From positions 5,918 to 69,917 of the forward strand of contig JBFGLT010000001.1 of the NCBI GenBank assembly GCA_041576015.1: a stretch of 64,000 bases of DNA. The letters are read 5' to 3'. The DNA is from Acidimicrobiales bacterium. Its GTDB lineage: Bacteria > Actinomycetota > Acidimicrobiia > Acidimicrobiales > SZUA-35. A model generated the notes under the pieces. It was not told where the DNA came from and searched no databases. It worked only from the letters and a program-made list of their open reading frames with translations. The translations under genes and the position numbers were made by a program. Shown here piece by piece: positions 45,836 to 53,957 of this stretch (positions are counted from its first letter, which is position 1; each line of letters begins with the position of its first letter).

Positions 45836-47342
45836 GGCGGGCGATCCCGACGAGCAGGCCGCTGGCGAAGAGCGTGGTCACCAGACTGGAGCCGCCGAGC
45901 GAGACGAAGGGCAGAGGCTCGCCGGTGATGGGCGCCAACCCCAACGCCATGCCGATGTTCAAGGCCGTCTGGGTCACGATCCAAATCGTCAGACCAGAGG
46001 CCAGGAGCCGCCCGAAGGCATCCGGCGCCCGGAGAGCGGCGAGAAACCCGAGGTAGCCGAAGAGGCCGAACGCCAGCACGAGACCGGCGGCGCCGACGAC
46101 ACCGAGCTCCTCGGCGACGACGGCGAAGATGAAGTCGGTCTGCGCCTCGGGCAGGAATCCCCACTTGGCCCGGCTGGCGCCGAGACCGCGACCGAGCAGG
46201 CCACCGGAGGCGATGCCGATCTGACTCTGGATCGTCTGCATGCCGATCCCGTCTGGACTCGACCACGGGTCGAGGAACGCCAGCACCCGGGCTCGACGGT
46301 ACGGTGCCGAGTAGGCGAGGACCGTGGTGACAGCCAGCAGGCTGAACGCCCACTTGGCGAGATGGCCGACGTGGACCTTGCCGACGTACAGCATGAGGAT
46401 GGCCACCGTTCCCATGATGACGGGCGTACCGAGCTTTGGCTGAGCGAGCAGGAGCGCCGAGAACGCACCGACGATGACCAGGACGGGGCGGATCGTGCGT
46501 TCGGGTCGGTGGGCGTGGTTTTCCCGACGGGCGAGCAGGGTCGCCGTGACCAGGATCACCGAGAGTTTGGCGAACTCGGCCGGTTGGATCACCACCGGTC
46601 CGAACGAGAGCCACCGGCTCGATCCGTTGACGGTCCGGCCGACCCCGGGGACGAGGACGACGAGGAGCAGCGCAGCGCTGAAGACAGCCGCCGGCACGGC
46701 GATGCGGGCGACGTGGCGGTAGTTCATCCGGCTGCCGGCGAAGAAGGCCAGGCCACCCAACAGGGCGTACCGCAGTTGGCGGGAGAAGTAGAAGAACGGT
46801 GATGCGTCGGCCCGGTGGACGCTGGAGACCGACGATGCCGACAGAACCATGACCAGTCCGAACAGCGTGAGGCCGATCACCAGGATCGTGATCGACCAGC
46901 CGATTCGCTCGCCGACCTCGGTCGCCGGAAGCTTCGGAGTCGAAGCCGGCTTCCACCACGGGCGGGGCGCCTGGCGGCGGCGCGCCTGGCCCGACCGTGA
47001 GCGGCCGGCGACAGCCCGGCCCGACCGTGAGCGGCCGGCGGCCTGGCCCGGCCGGCGCGAATCGCCGGCGGGAGAGCGGCGGCCGCTGCGGGAGGCACGA
47101 CCGTTGGTCTTGGCGGCCGGCTTGCTCGGCGCGCGGGTCGGCGAATCCCGTCGGGCCGTCGCGGTCCGCTTCGTGGTCGCCCCCGTGCGGCGGGGAGGAG
47201 CGGGGCGGCGGGTCGCACGCTTCTGACCGGGCGCCTTGCTCGCTGCGACCTTCCGTTTGGGTTTGGAGCCGCTGCGCGATTTCGACGTTCGCCGGGCCGG
47301 CGCCCGGTCAATCCGGGGTTTGCGGGTGAGGGTCTTGCTCAT
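45822..47342 (-). CDS. ftsW: SEDS-family peptidoglycan glycosyltransferase FtsW with ~125-aa basic N-terminal tail
   Basis: ATG at 47342 overlaps the mraY stop (ATGA). A basic tail (MSKTLTRKPRIDRAPARRTSKSRSGSKPKRK...) precedes about 10 TM segments with QPAEFAK, PDFIFAV-like DFIFAVV and LPFVSLGGSS. Confidence 0.9.
   Translation of the reverse strand: MSKTLTRKPRIDRAPARRTSKSRSGSKPKRKVAASKAPGQKRATRRPAPPRRTGATTKRTATARRDSPTRAPSKPAAKTNGRASRSGRRSPAGDSRRPGQAAGRSRSGRAVAGRSRSGQARRRQAPRPWWKPASTPKLPATEVGERIGWSITILVIGLTLFGLVMVLSASSVSSVHRADASPFFYFSRQLRYALLGGLAFFAGSRMNYRHVARIAVPAAVFSAALLLVVLVPGVGRTVNGSSRWLSFGPVVIQPAEFAKLSVILVTATLLARRENHAHRPERTIRPVLVIVGAFSALLLAQPKLGTPVIMGTVAILMLYVGKVHVGHLAKWAFSLLAVTTVLAYSAPYRRARVLAFLDPWSSPDGIGMQTIQSQIGIASGGLLGRGLGASRAKWGFLPEAQTDFIFAVVAEELGVVGAAGLVLAFGLFGYLGFLAALRAPDAFGRLLASGLTIWIVTQTALNIGMALGLAPITGEPLPFVSLGGSSLVTTLFASGLLVGIARRGRR
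46988..47040 (-). repeat. 23-nt exact duplication at 30-nt period inside the ftsW tail-coding region
   Basis: GGCCCGACCGTGAGCGGCCGGCG occurs at 46988..47010 and 47018..47040, encoding GRSRSG(R/Q)A decapeptide repeats. Confidence 0.95.
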
Positions 47343-48385
47343 GAACCGATCTCCACGGCTTGGACCCAGTCCGCATAGAACAGGCCGAGAGCGACGGCGG
47401 TCAAGCCGCCAGCGATCAACCAGAACCGAATGATGACCTTGGTCTCCCGCCAGCCCGCCAGTTCGAAGTGGTGGTGGATGGGCGCCATGCGGAAGAGCCG
47501 CTTGCCCCCGGTCGACTTGAAGTAGGCGACCTGCAGCACGACCGACAGGGTCTCGGCGACGTAGACACCACCGATCACCGGGAGCAGCAGGTGGGTGTTG
47601 GTGAGCAGGGCCAACGAGGCGAGGCCGGTTCCGATTGCCAGTGACCCGGTGTCCCCCATGAAGATCTCCGCTGGGGCGGCGTTGAACCACAGGAATCCGG
47701 CCAGAGCCCCGACCATGGCGACGGCGACGATCGCCAGATCGAGGGCGTGAGGAACGAGGTACAGATCGGGACGGGTCTCGTTCTGGCGGAATATCCAGAA
47801 CCCGATCAGCACGTAGGCGGCGAAGGAGAATATGCCCGAACCGCCGGCCAGGCCGTCGAGGCCGTCGGTCAAGTTCACGGCGTTGCTGCTGCCGATGATC
47901 AGCAGCACCGCCCAGAGAGCCCACCCGACGGTTCCCAGATCGAGCGAGGTGAACCGGGTGAAGGAGAGTTCGGTCCTGGTGGTGGTGTAGGCCTGGGTGG
48001 CGATGGCGAAGCCGGTGGCGACCGAGAGCAACCCGAGCATCTTCGTCCGCTTGTTCAGACCGAGGTTCCGCTCTCGCGAGACCTTGATCCAGTCGTCCAA
48101 GAAGCCGACCGCGCCGGCGCCGACGATGGCACCCATCGCCAGTAGACCCGAGCGGGTGTAGATGCCCCCCTGGATGATGTGACTGAAGAAGTAGCCGGCG
48201 ACAGCACCGACGACGATGGCGATGCCGCCCATCGTCGGCGTCCCCGCCTTGATCTGGTGACCCTGGGGGCCGTCCTCACGAATCGGCTGGCCGATGCGAT
48301 TCCGGGTGAGCAGGTCGATCAGGAATTTGGTGCCGAGGGCACTCAAGGCGAATGCGATCCCGGCGGCTGTGAGAAGGCGAATCAT
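47339..48385 (-). CDS. mraY: Phospho-N-acetylmuramoyl-pentapeptide transferase
   Basis: ATG at 48385 gives MIRLLTAAGIAF. GTPTMGG, NAVNLTDGLDGLA, FMGDTGSLAIG and APIHHHFE motifs. Confidence 0.95.
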   Translation of the reverse strand: MIRLLTAAGIAFALSALGTKFLIDLLTRNRIGQPIREDGPQGHQIKAGTPTMGGIAIVVGAVAGYFFSHIIQGGIYTRSGLLAMGAIVGAGAVGFLDDWIKVSRERNLGLNKRTKMLGLLSVATGFAIATQAYTTTRTELSFTRFTSLDLGTVGWALWAVLLIIGSSNAVNLTDGLDGLAGGSGIFSFAAYVLIGFWIFRQNETRPDLYLVPHALDLAIVAVAMVGALAGFLWFNAAPAEIFMGDTGSLAIGTGLASLALLTNTHLLLPVIGGVYVAETLSVVLQVAYFKSTGGKRLFRMAPIHHHFELAGWRETKVIIRFWLIAGGLTAVALGLFYADWVQAVEIGS

Positions 48386-48392
48386 GGCAGGT

Positions 48393-49790
48393 TCACCATC
48401 CTGCTCGCTCGAGCGACTCGACGGCCACCACCCGGTCATCGAAATCCAGGACCCGGCCATCGATGGTCTGGGTGGCCTCGTGACCTTTGCCGGCGATCAG
48501 CACGACGTCGCCGGGGCCGGCGCCGGCAACGGCCTGGTCGATCGCCACCCGGCGATCCGGCTCGACGGTCACCTCGCTCAGGTCGGGCACCCCTGCGAGG
48601 ATGGCGGCGGCGATGGCGGCCGGGTCCTCGCCGCGAGGGTTGTCCGATGTGACGGTGATCCGGTCGGCCCCCTCCGCGGCCACCCGGCCCATCAACGGTC
48701 GCTTGTCCCGGTCACGGTCGCCGCCACATCCGAACACCACATGGACCGCCCCGGTAGCCGCTCGCCGGCACGCCTCCAGGGCGACGCTGAGACCCGCCGG
48801 AGAGTGGGCGAAGTCGACCACGACACGGAAGGGCTGCCCAAGGTTGATCCACTCCATCCGGCCGGGTACTGGGTCGATGGCTCCGATGGCGTCGGCGATG
48901 TCGTCGGGTTCGATGTCGAGCGACTCGAGCACGACCGCCGCACAGAGCGCATTGACGACGTTGTGCCGGCCGGCGAGTTGCAGTGTGACCGGCCGGCCCC
49001 GCCACGCGAACGACGAGGTGGCCGCCGCCAGGCTCAGTTCGGCCGCATCGTCGATCCCGTAGGTGAGCGCATCGGGCCGGCGGTCGATCAATGTGCGGCC
49101 GGCCGAATCCTCCCGATTGATGACGGCCATCCGGCTCCGCTCCGGTTCGAACAGCGTCGCCTTTGCCTCGAAGTAGTCGGCCATCGTCCCGTGGAAGTCC
49201 AGATGGTCCTGGGAGAGGTTCGTGAACGCGGCGACGTCGAACCGAAGCCCCTCGACTCGGTGGAGGGCGAGCGCGTGGCTCGACACCTCCAGAGCGAGGT
49301 AGCGGACCGCTCGTCGACGGAGGTCGGCGAGTCCAGCGAACAGGTCGGTTGCATCGGGGGTGGTGAGCGAACCCGTGAGGGTTCCGGACACCTCCACCGC
49401 TCGATCGAGGCGTCCGAGCATGGCGCCCAGCATCTGGGTCACGGTCGTCTTGCCGTTCGTACCGGTCACCCCGATGAGGGTGATGTGGCGTTCGGGGTGA
49501 CCGAGCACCGTCGCAGCCGCCGGTCCTGCCATCCGCCGCGTGTCGGTGACCAGGACCTGTGGCACGTCGATGTCCAGCCGCCGCTCGACGAGGAGCGCAG
49601 CGGCTCCAGCCGCCACGGCCCGATCGGCGAAGTCGTGCCCGTCGGCCGACTGCCCGGGGACGCACACGAACAGGAACCCGGACTGGACGAGGCGGGAGTC
49701 GTGGGTGATGCCGGCGACCTCGACCGACTCACCCACCAGCTCGCCGTCGACGTCGGCGGCGACGCGGCGCAGTTCCACACCGGCGGCCAT
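48393..49790 (-). CDS. murE: UDP-N-acetylmuramoyl-L-alanyl-D-glutamate--2,6-diaminopimelate ligase
   Basis: GVTGTNGKTT, DFAHSPAG, GCGGDRDRDKRP and SDNPRGEDP. The DNPR motif is associated with meso-DAP-adding MurE. Confidence 0.9.
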   Translation of the reverse strand: MAAGVELRRVAADVDGELVGESVEVAGITHDSRLVQSGFLFVCVPGQSADGHDFADRAVAAGAAALLVERRLDIDVPQVLVTDTRRMAGPAAATVLGHPERHITLIGVTGTNGKTTVTQMLGAMLGRLDRAVEVSGTLTGSLTTPDATDLFAGLADLRRRAVRYLALEVSSHALALHRVEGLRFDVAAFTNLSQDHLDFHGTMADYFEAKATLFEPERSRMAVINREDSAGRTLIDRRPDALTYGIDDAAELSLAAATSSFAWRGRPVTLQLAGRHNVVNALCAAVVLESLDIEPDDIADAIGAIDPVPGRMEWINLGQPFRVVVDFAHSPAGLSVALEACRRAATGAVHVVFGCGGDRDRDKRPLMGRVAAEGADRITVTSDNPRGEDPAAIAAAILAGVPDLSEVTVEPDRRVAIDQAVAGAGPGDVVLIAGKGHEATQTIDGRVLDFDDRVVAVESLERAGW

Positions 49791-49793
49791 TCC

Positions 49794-51806
49794 TCACCCA
49801 CCTTCGGCCGGATCGGCGGCGACGTCGAGGTCGACGACGCTCGGCGAGTCGCTGGGTTCGACGGCCACCGGGTGTTCCGCTGGGGTCGTCGCAGTCACCT
49901 CTTCGTCACCGGCGGCCGGGCCGGGTTCCCCTGCGGGCGGGTCGGACTGCGGCGATTCAGCGGGTTCGCCCCCGGCCCGCCGGGCGTCCTCGGCGATGGC
50001 GGGTGTACCGCGCACGAGCGTTCGCGCCTGGCGCCACGCCGGCGTTGCCTCCGCCTGCCCCGGTGCGATCTTGAGCACCCGCAGGGCGTACTGCGCGATC
50101 TGCGCAAAGGTGGGCGCTGCCGCAGTCGTGGCGCTCGTCGCCGTCCGGGGTTCGTCGATCATCAACACGACCGAGAGTTCGGGATCGGCGGCCGGAACCA
50201 GTCCGCCGAACGTGGTCACGTATCGACGGTCGTTGTCGCTTCCGTAGGAGAGGCGTCCGCTGCCGTTGTCGAACACCTTCCAGGCCGTACCGGTCTTCCC
50301 GGCCACCTCGTAGCCCTCGATGGCGGCCTTGAACCCGGTGCCCTCCTCGCCGGTGACCGCGGTCATCATCTTCAGCATCTCGGCGGCTGCGTCGGGATCG
50401 ATCACGGGCCGCTCGATGGGATCGGAAATCAGATGGTCCTCGCCGTCGGCATCCTCGACATTGGCAACGATGACGGGCTGGACGTAGCGGCCGTCGTTCC
50501 CGATGGCGTTGAAGGCGGCCGCCAGCTGTAGGAGGTGGACCGTCATCCCCTGTCCGATCACGATCGATCCGGCGTCGCTCCCCTGCCACTCCGAAGGGTG
50601 CCGCAGCACCCCGGCCACCTCGCCGGCGAAGTCGAGCCCGGTCAGCTCGCCGAACCCGAAAGCCGAGGCGTATTCGTAGTACCGCTGGGGGCCCAGCTGC
50701 TGGGACAGACCGATCGTGGCCACGTTGCTCGACCGGGCCAGCGCATCGCCCAGGGTCATCTCCAGCTCCTCGTGGCGGGGGTGATCGAAGAACGGCTTGT
50801 CGGCCACCTCGATCGACCCGGGTACGGTGATCAGGTCACCGGCCTCGTAGCCGAGGTGGTCGGCGGCGGCGGCGAAGGCGACGATCTTCATCACGGAACC
50901 GGGCTCGAAGGTGTCGATCACCGCCTTGTTGTACGACGCCACCCCACAGGTGGTTTCGTCGATGCGGTCGACGCTCGCCATGCTGTAGATCTCGCCGGTC
51001 TTGGGATCGCTCACGATGGCCGCCGCCCCCATGGCGCCTAGTTTCTCGCACGTGTCGATCAGGATGGCTTCGGTGCCGAATTGGATCCGGTGGTCGAGCG
51101 TCAGCGTGATGTCGTACCCTCGCTCGGCAGGCTCGACGATCCGCTCGCCGACGCTGATCGACCCGAAGATGCCCCGCTCGTACCGCTCGAATCCCGACGT
51201 GCCGGCCAGCAGTTCCTCGAATTGCTGCTCGACGCCCGAGCGCCCGACCTCGTCGGGATCGACCCGGCCGATCACCGGTCTGGCCAGGTCGCCGGCGGGG
51301 TAAAGCCGATCCTCCTCAGGCCGGATCACGATGCCGTCGAACGCCTCGGTCGTGTCGGCGTCGGCGACCATTGTCCGGATGGCGGCCAGCGCTTCCTGAT
51401 CGCTCGTGGCCGCCACGACGTTGTACCGGTCCTCGTCGTTGGCGGGCAGAAGCCGGTCGTGGATGATGTTGGCCTCGATGCCCAACTCCGGGGCCAGGAG
51501 CGTCGCCGTCCAGGCGGGGTCGGCAACCAGTTGAGGGTCGGCGATGAGCAGCTGGGTCGGGGTGCTGGCGGCCAGGACGTACCCCTCCCGGTCGAGCACC
51601 TGACCGCGAAAACCAGCCAGCTTGCGGGTGGCGGTGCTCTGATCGAACGCCAGATCGCGGTATCGGTGGGGACGAACGGCCTGCAGGTCGACCAATGCCG
51701 CCATGAACACGACCATGACGACGAAGAAGCAGGCGAGAACGGCGAACACTTGCGGATGCTCGGCGAAGAGTGTCCGGGTCGACCGGCGGGGTCGGCGGCG
51801 GGTCAT
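49794..51806 (-). CDS. ftsI: Class B penicillin-binding protein (FtsI/PBP3-like transpeptidase) with Pro/Ala/Glu-rich C-terminal tail
   Basis: An N-terminal TM, then SVMK (SxxK), SSN and KTGTA motifs, then a ~90-aa low-complexity tail. Confidence 0.9.
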   Translation of the reverse strand: MTRRRPRRSTRTLFAEHPQVFAVLACFFVVMVVFMAALVDLQAVRPHRYRDLAFDQSTATRKLAGFRGQVLDREGYVLAASTPTQLLIADPQLVADPAWTATLLAPELGIEANIIHDRLLPANDEDRYNVVAATSDQEALAAIRTMVADADTTEAFDGIVIRPEEDRLYPAGDLARPVIGRVDPDEVGRSGVEQQFEELLAGTSGFERYERGIFGSISVGERIVEPAERGYDITLTLDHRIQFGTEAILIDTCEKLGAMGAAAIVSDPKTGEIYSMASVDRIDETTCGVASYNKAVIDTFEPGSVMKIVAFAAAADHLGYEAGDLITVPGSIEVADKPFFDHPRHEELEMTLGDALARSSNVATIGLSQQLGPQRYYEYASAFGFGELTGLDFAGEVAGVLRHPSEWQGSDAGSIVIGQGMTVHLLQLAAAFNAIGNDGRYVQPVIVANVEDADGEDHLISDPIERPVIDPDAAAEMLKMMTAVTGEEGTGFKAAIEGYEVAGKTGTAWKVFDNGSGRLSYGSDNDRRYVTTFGGLVPAADPELSVVLMIDEPRTATSATTAAAPTFAQIAQYALRVLKIAPGQAEATPAWRQARTLVRGTPAIAEDARRAGGEPAESPQSDPPAGEPGPAAGDEEVTATTPAEHPVAVEPSDSPSVVDLDVAADPAEGG

Positions 51807-52180
51807 CGCCCCACCGGTCGGGCAGCGACCAGGTAGACCGGACGGACCGCGCGCACCATGCCGAGCGCTCGCGCCCTCCGGACGATCTCCTCGGGCGAGG
51901 AGGCGACCACGACATCGCGCTCGAGCAGGGCGATGTCATTCTCGAGCTGCCCAATCTCGGCTTCCAGCGCGTCGAGCTCGCTCTGGGTCTGCACCAGCTG
52001 CGCTTGCACGAGGGCGACGCCGAAGAACACGCCGACCAGGAGGGTCAGAGCGATGAAGAGCAGCCGCCGGCGCCGGGCGCGGCTGCGGAGCGCGACGAAG
52101 TCGATCAGGAACAGCGACGGGGCCGAGGCGGCGCGACCGCGCCCCGCCGGCCGGCGGCGGGCCGGTGACGTCGTACTCAT
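51803..52180 (-). CDS. ftsL: FtsL/FtsB-like septum formation initiator
   Basis: 125 aa with a basic N-terminus, one TM and a leucine-zipper-like coiled coil (LVQTQSELDALEAEIGQLENDIALLERD). Canonical position between rsmH and ftsI. Confidence 0.7.
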   Translation of the reverse strand: MSTTSPARRRPAGRGRAASAPSLFLIDFVALRSRARRRRLLFIALTLLVGVFFGVALVQAQLVQTQSELDALEAEIGQLENDIALLERDVVVASSPEEIVRRARALGMVRAVRPVYLVAARPVGR

Positions 52181-53112
52181 GCCGCCTCCGGGCGATGCTG
52201 GATCGCCCGCAATCGGGCGCTTCGCGACCGCCGGTTGGCCTCCTGCTCGGCAGCGGTCGGCCGTCGGACCGCCGGGCGTAGGATCTCGAACGGCGGCGGG
52301 ACAGCCGGGACGGGAAGGCCGGGCGGGGTCGCGGAGGTCGTGTAGTGCCGGAAGACGCCCTTGACGATCCGGTCTTCACCCGAGTGATAGGTGATCACAG
52401 CGCCCCTCCCACCCGGAACCAGCAGGTCGAGCGCGGCGCGCAATGACGGCTCGAGAACCTCGAGCTCGTCGTTGACGGCGATGCGGATCGCTTGAAAGGT
52501 TCGCTTGGCGGGGTGACCGCCGCGGCGGCGGGCGGCGGCAGGGATGGCGGCCGCCGCGACCTCGGCCAGCTGGAGGGTCCGGTGGATCGGGCGGGCTGCC
52601 ACGATCGCCCGAGCGATCCGTTCGGCGTAGCGTTCGTCGCCACCCCGCCGGAGAGCCCGGGTCAACTGTGCCGCCGACCACGTGTTGACGACCTCGTCGG
52701 CGGTGAGCGCACTGGCCGGGTCCATTCGCATGTCGAGAGGGCCATCCCGCTGGAAGCTGAAGCCCCGCTGGGCTTGATCGAGTTGAGGCGAACTGACCCC
52801 CAGGTCGAACAGGAAGCCCGACAGGCGACCGACGCCTATCGAGCTCAACAGGTGGCCGAGCGCGTCGAACCGGCCGGCCAGGATCCGAACGCGACCGGCA
52901 AATCTGGCCAGGCGGTCCGCAGCAGCAGCCCGAGCTGCCGGATCCCGATCGATGCCGACGACATCGAGGTGAGGCGCCGCATCGAGAAGCAACTCTGCGT
53001 GTCCGCCGCCGCCCAGGGTCGCATCCAGCACCACACCGGGCGGCACCTGACCGAGGACCTCCACGACTTCTCCCGCCAGAACCGGCGCATGCACGAACCG
53101 CGAAGGCGTCAT
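52177..53112 (-). CDS. rsmH: 16S rRNA (cytosine1402-N4)-methyltransferase
   Basis: HAPVLAGEVVEVL, DATLGGGGHAELLL, DLGVSSPQLD and ITYHSGEDRIVK. Confidence 0.95.
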   Translation of the reverse strand: MTPSRFVHAPVLAGEVVEVLGQVPPGVVLDATLGGGGHAELLLDAAPHLDVVGIDRDPAARAAAADRLARFAGRVRILAGRFDALGHLLSSIGVGRLSGFLFDLGVSSPQLDQAQRGFSFQRDGPLDMRMDPASALTADEVVNTWSAAQLTRALRRGGDERYAERIARAIVAARPIHRTLQLAEVAAAAIPAAARRRGGHPAKRTFQAIRIAVNDELEVLEPSLRAALDLLVPGGRGAVITYHSGEDRIVKGVFRHYTTSATPPGLPVPAVPPPFEILRPAVRRPTAAEQEANRRSRSARLRAIQHRPEAA

Positions 53113-53147
53113 GAAAACGTGCCGGTGTCACCCAAGCTCCGGTTCGG

Positions 53148-53270
53148 CCATCGGTTGCCCCTCGGATGACGGACGTACGTCAGGATGTCTCCCTGAGCGC
53201 ACTTGAGGGGTAACGGGCGGAGTTGTGGGGCAGAAGTACCCTTCCCCGACATCCGAGAAGCAACCGATGA
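53148..53270 (-). promoter_or_regulatory. Candidate structured cis-RNA element in the mraZ-rsmH spacer (possibly the actinobacterial mraW-type leader motif)
   Basis: Arms 53250..53269 and 53149..53168 are reverse complements except for 2 central positions. These become two G-U pairs only on the minus (transcribed) strand. The result is a continuous 20-21 bp helix enclosing 81 nt with further hairpins. Confidence 0.45.
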
Positions 53271-53347
53271 ACGAACGCCTTCCTAGGCTCTACCGAACTC
53301 CTTTCCTGATCGTTGCCGCCTGAGGGTCGAGAGGTGGGTCGGCATGC

Positions 53348-53773
53348 CTAGAGGCCCATCCGCTCCAGTGCGGCGCTCACGTTGGCATTGGCCTGATCGG
53401 TCCCGTGCATCTGGTGGAACAGGTCGCGCGGCCAGATCTCGATGCGGTTCAGGGCGCCGGACAGCACGACCGGCTGGCCGAGTCGAAAGCCCTCGAGCAG
53501 GATTCGGTTGATCGTGATGCGCCCGGCCGAGTCGATCCTGGCCCGCTGGGTCTCGCCGGTCAGCTTGCGGAACGTCACACCGTCGATCACGCCCTCCTGA
53601 CGGTGGTTGACCCAGTCGGCGGAGACGTCCAGGTAGCCGGCCTCGGACCAGACACCGAGCCGCTCGCCCATGCGGACGACGTACCCCAGCGAGCCGAGCT
53701 GCTCCCGGAAGTCCGGTGGGAGTACGACGCGACCTTTGTCGTCCAGCGTGTGCTCGTACTGGCCAACGAACAA
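53348..53773 (-). CDS. mraZ: Transcriptional regulator MraZ
   Basis: Two SpoVT/AbrB-type repeats: FVGQYEHTLDDKGRVVLP and DSAGRITINRILLE. The proposed TTG start at 53773 matches the usual MFxGxxxHxxDxKGR N-terminus. The track ORF extends to 53878 through the operator region. Confidence 0.85.
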   Translation of the reverse strand: MFVGQYEHTLDDKGRVVLPPDFREQLGSLGYVVRMGERLGVWSEAGYLDVSADWVNHRQEGVIDGVTFRKLTGETQRARIDSAGRITINRILLEGFRLGQPVVLSGALNRIEIWPRDLFHQMHGTDQANANVSAALERMGL

Positions 53774-53841
53774 CGTGCACCTCGCCTCCCCCGAGTCCTC
53801 TCGATGTGGTTCCGACTGCCACGCCAGACCCCGCATCTGCG

Positions 53842-53908
53842 GTGTGGCGCCGTGGGACTCTCCCCCACTTGTCCCCACCGTAACCCACTACGCCCCACTT
53901 GTCCACAC
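53842..53908 (-). promoter_or_regulatory. Array of 10-bp-phased GTGGGN boxes (putative MraZ operator / dcw promoter region)
   Basis: On the minus strand there are five boxes with exact 10-nt period: GTGTGG(53908)-ACAA-GTGGGG-CGTA-GTGGGT-TACG-GTGGGG-ACAA-GTGGGG(53863). Two inverted boxes lie on the plus strand: GTGTGG 53842..47 and GTGGGA 53852..57. The array sits 70-135 nt upstream of the mraZ start. Confidence 0.7.
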
Positions 53909-53957
53909 TTGGATCGGAAAATGGCGGACACCAACGCAGCGTTGCGACACTGGTGGT

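Noticed and set aside
46988-47040. Short tandem/direct repeats (also 32209..32244) as a possible CRISPR array or minisatellite
   Set aside because: There are only 2-3 copies. They lie in frame inside coding low-complexity regions, with no spacer architecture and no cas genes.
45822-47924. Long N-terminal extensions of track ORFs (this one, and also 24729..26747, 29988..31343, 38659..39756, 42335..43546, 10048..11727, 1112..2011, 26611..28146 and 53348..53878)
   Set aside because: The extensions overlap the upstream gene in another frame and are Arg/Pro-rich. Internal starts give proteins with canonical N-termini and typical ATGA/GTGA junctions with the upstream stop codon.
48294-50531. 745-aa plus-strand ORF
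   Set aside because: It is antisense to murE and ftsI, both of which carry diagnostic motifs. The same reasoning applies to 53961..55664 (antisense to the ACAD), 39624..41348 (antisense to pgeF/ftsZ), 21843..23429 (antisense to dnaE), 42203..43342 and 45279..46802.
53113-53347. tRNA or small protein gene in the 235-nt mraZ-rsmH spacer
   Set aside because: I saw no cloverleaf-compatible arms. The only small frame, a TTG-initiated ~30-codon ORF, has no supporting signal. The region is better explained by the long-range RNA helix reported as a finding.
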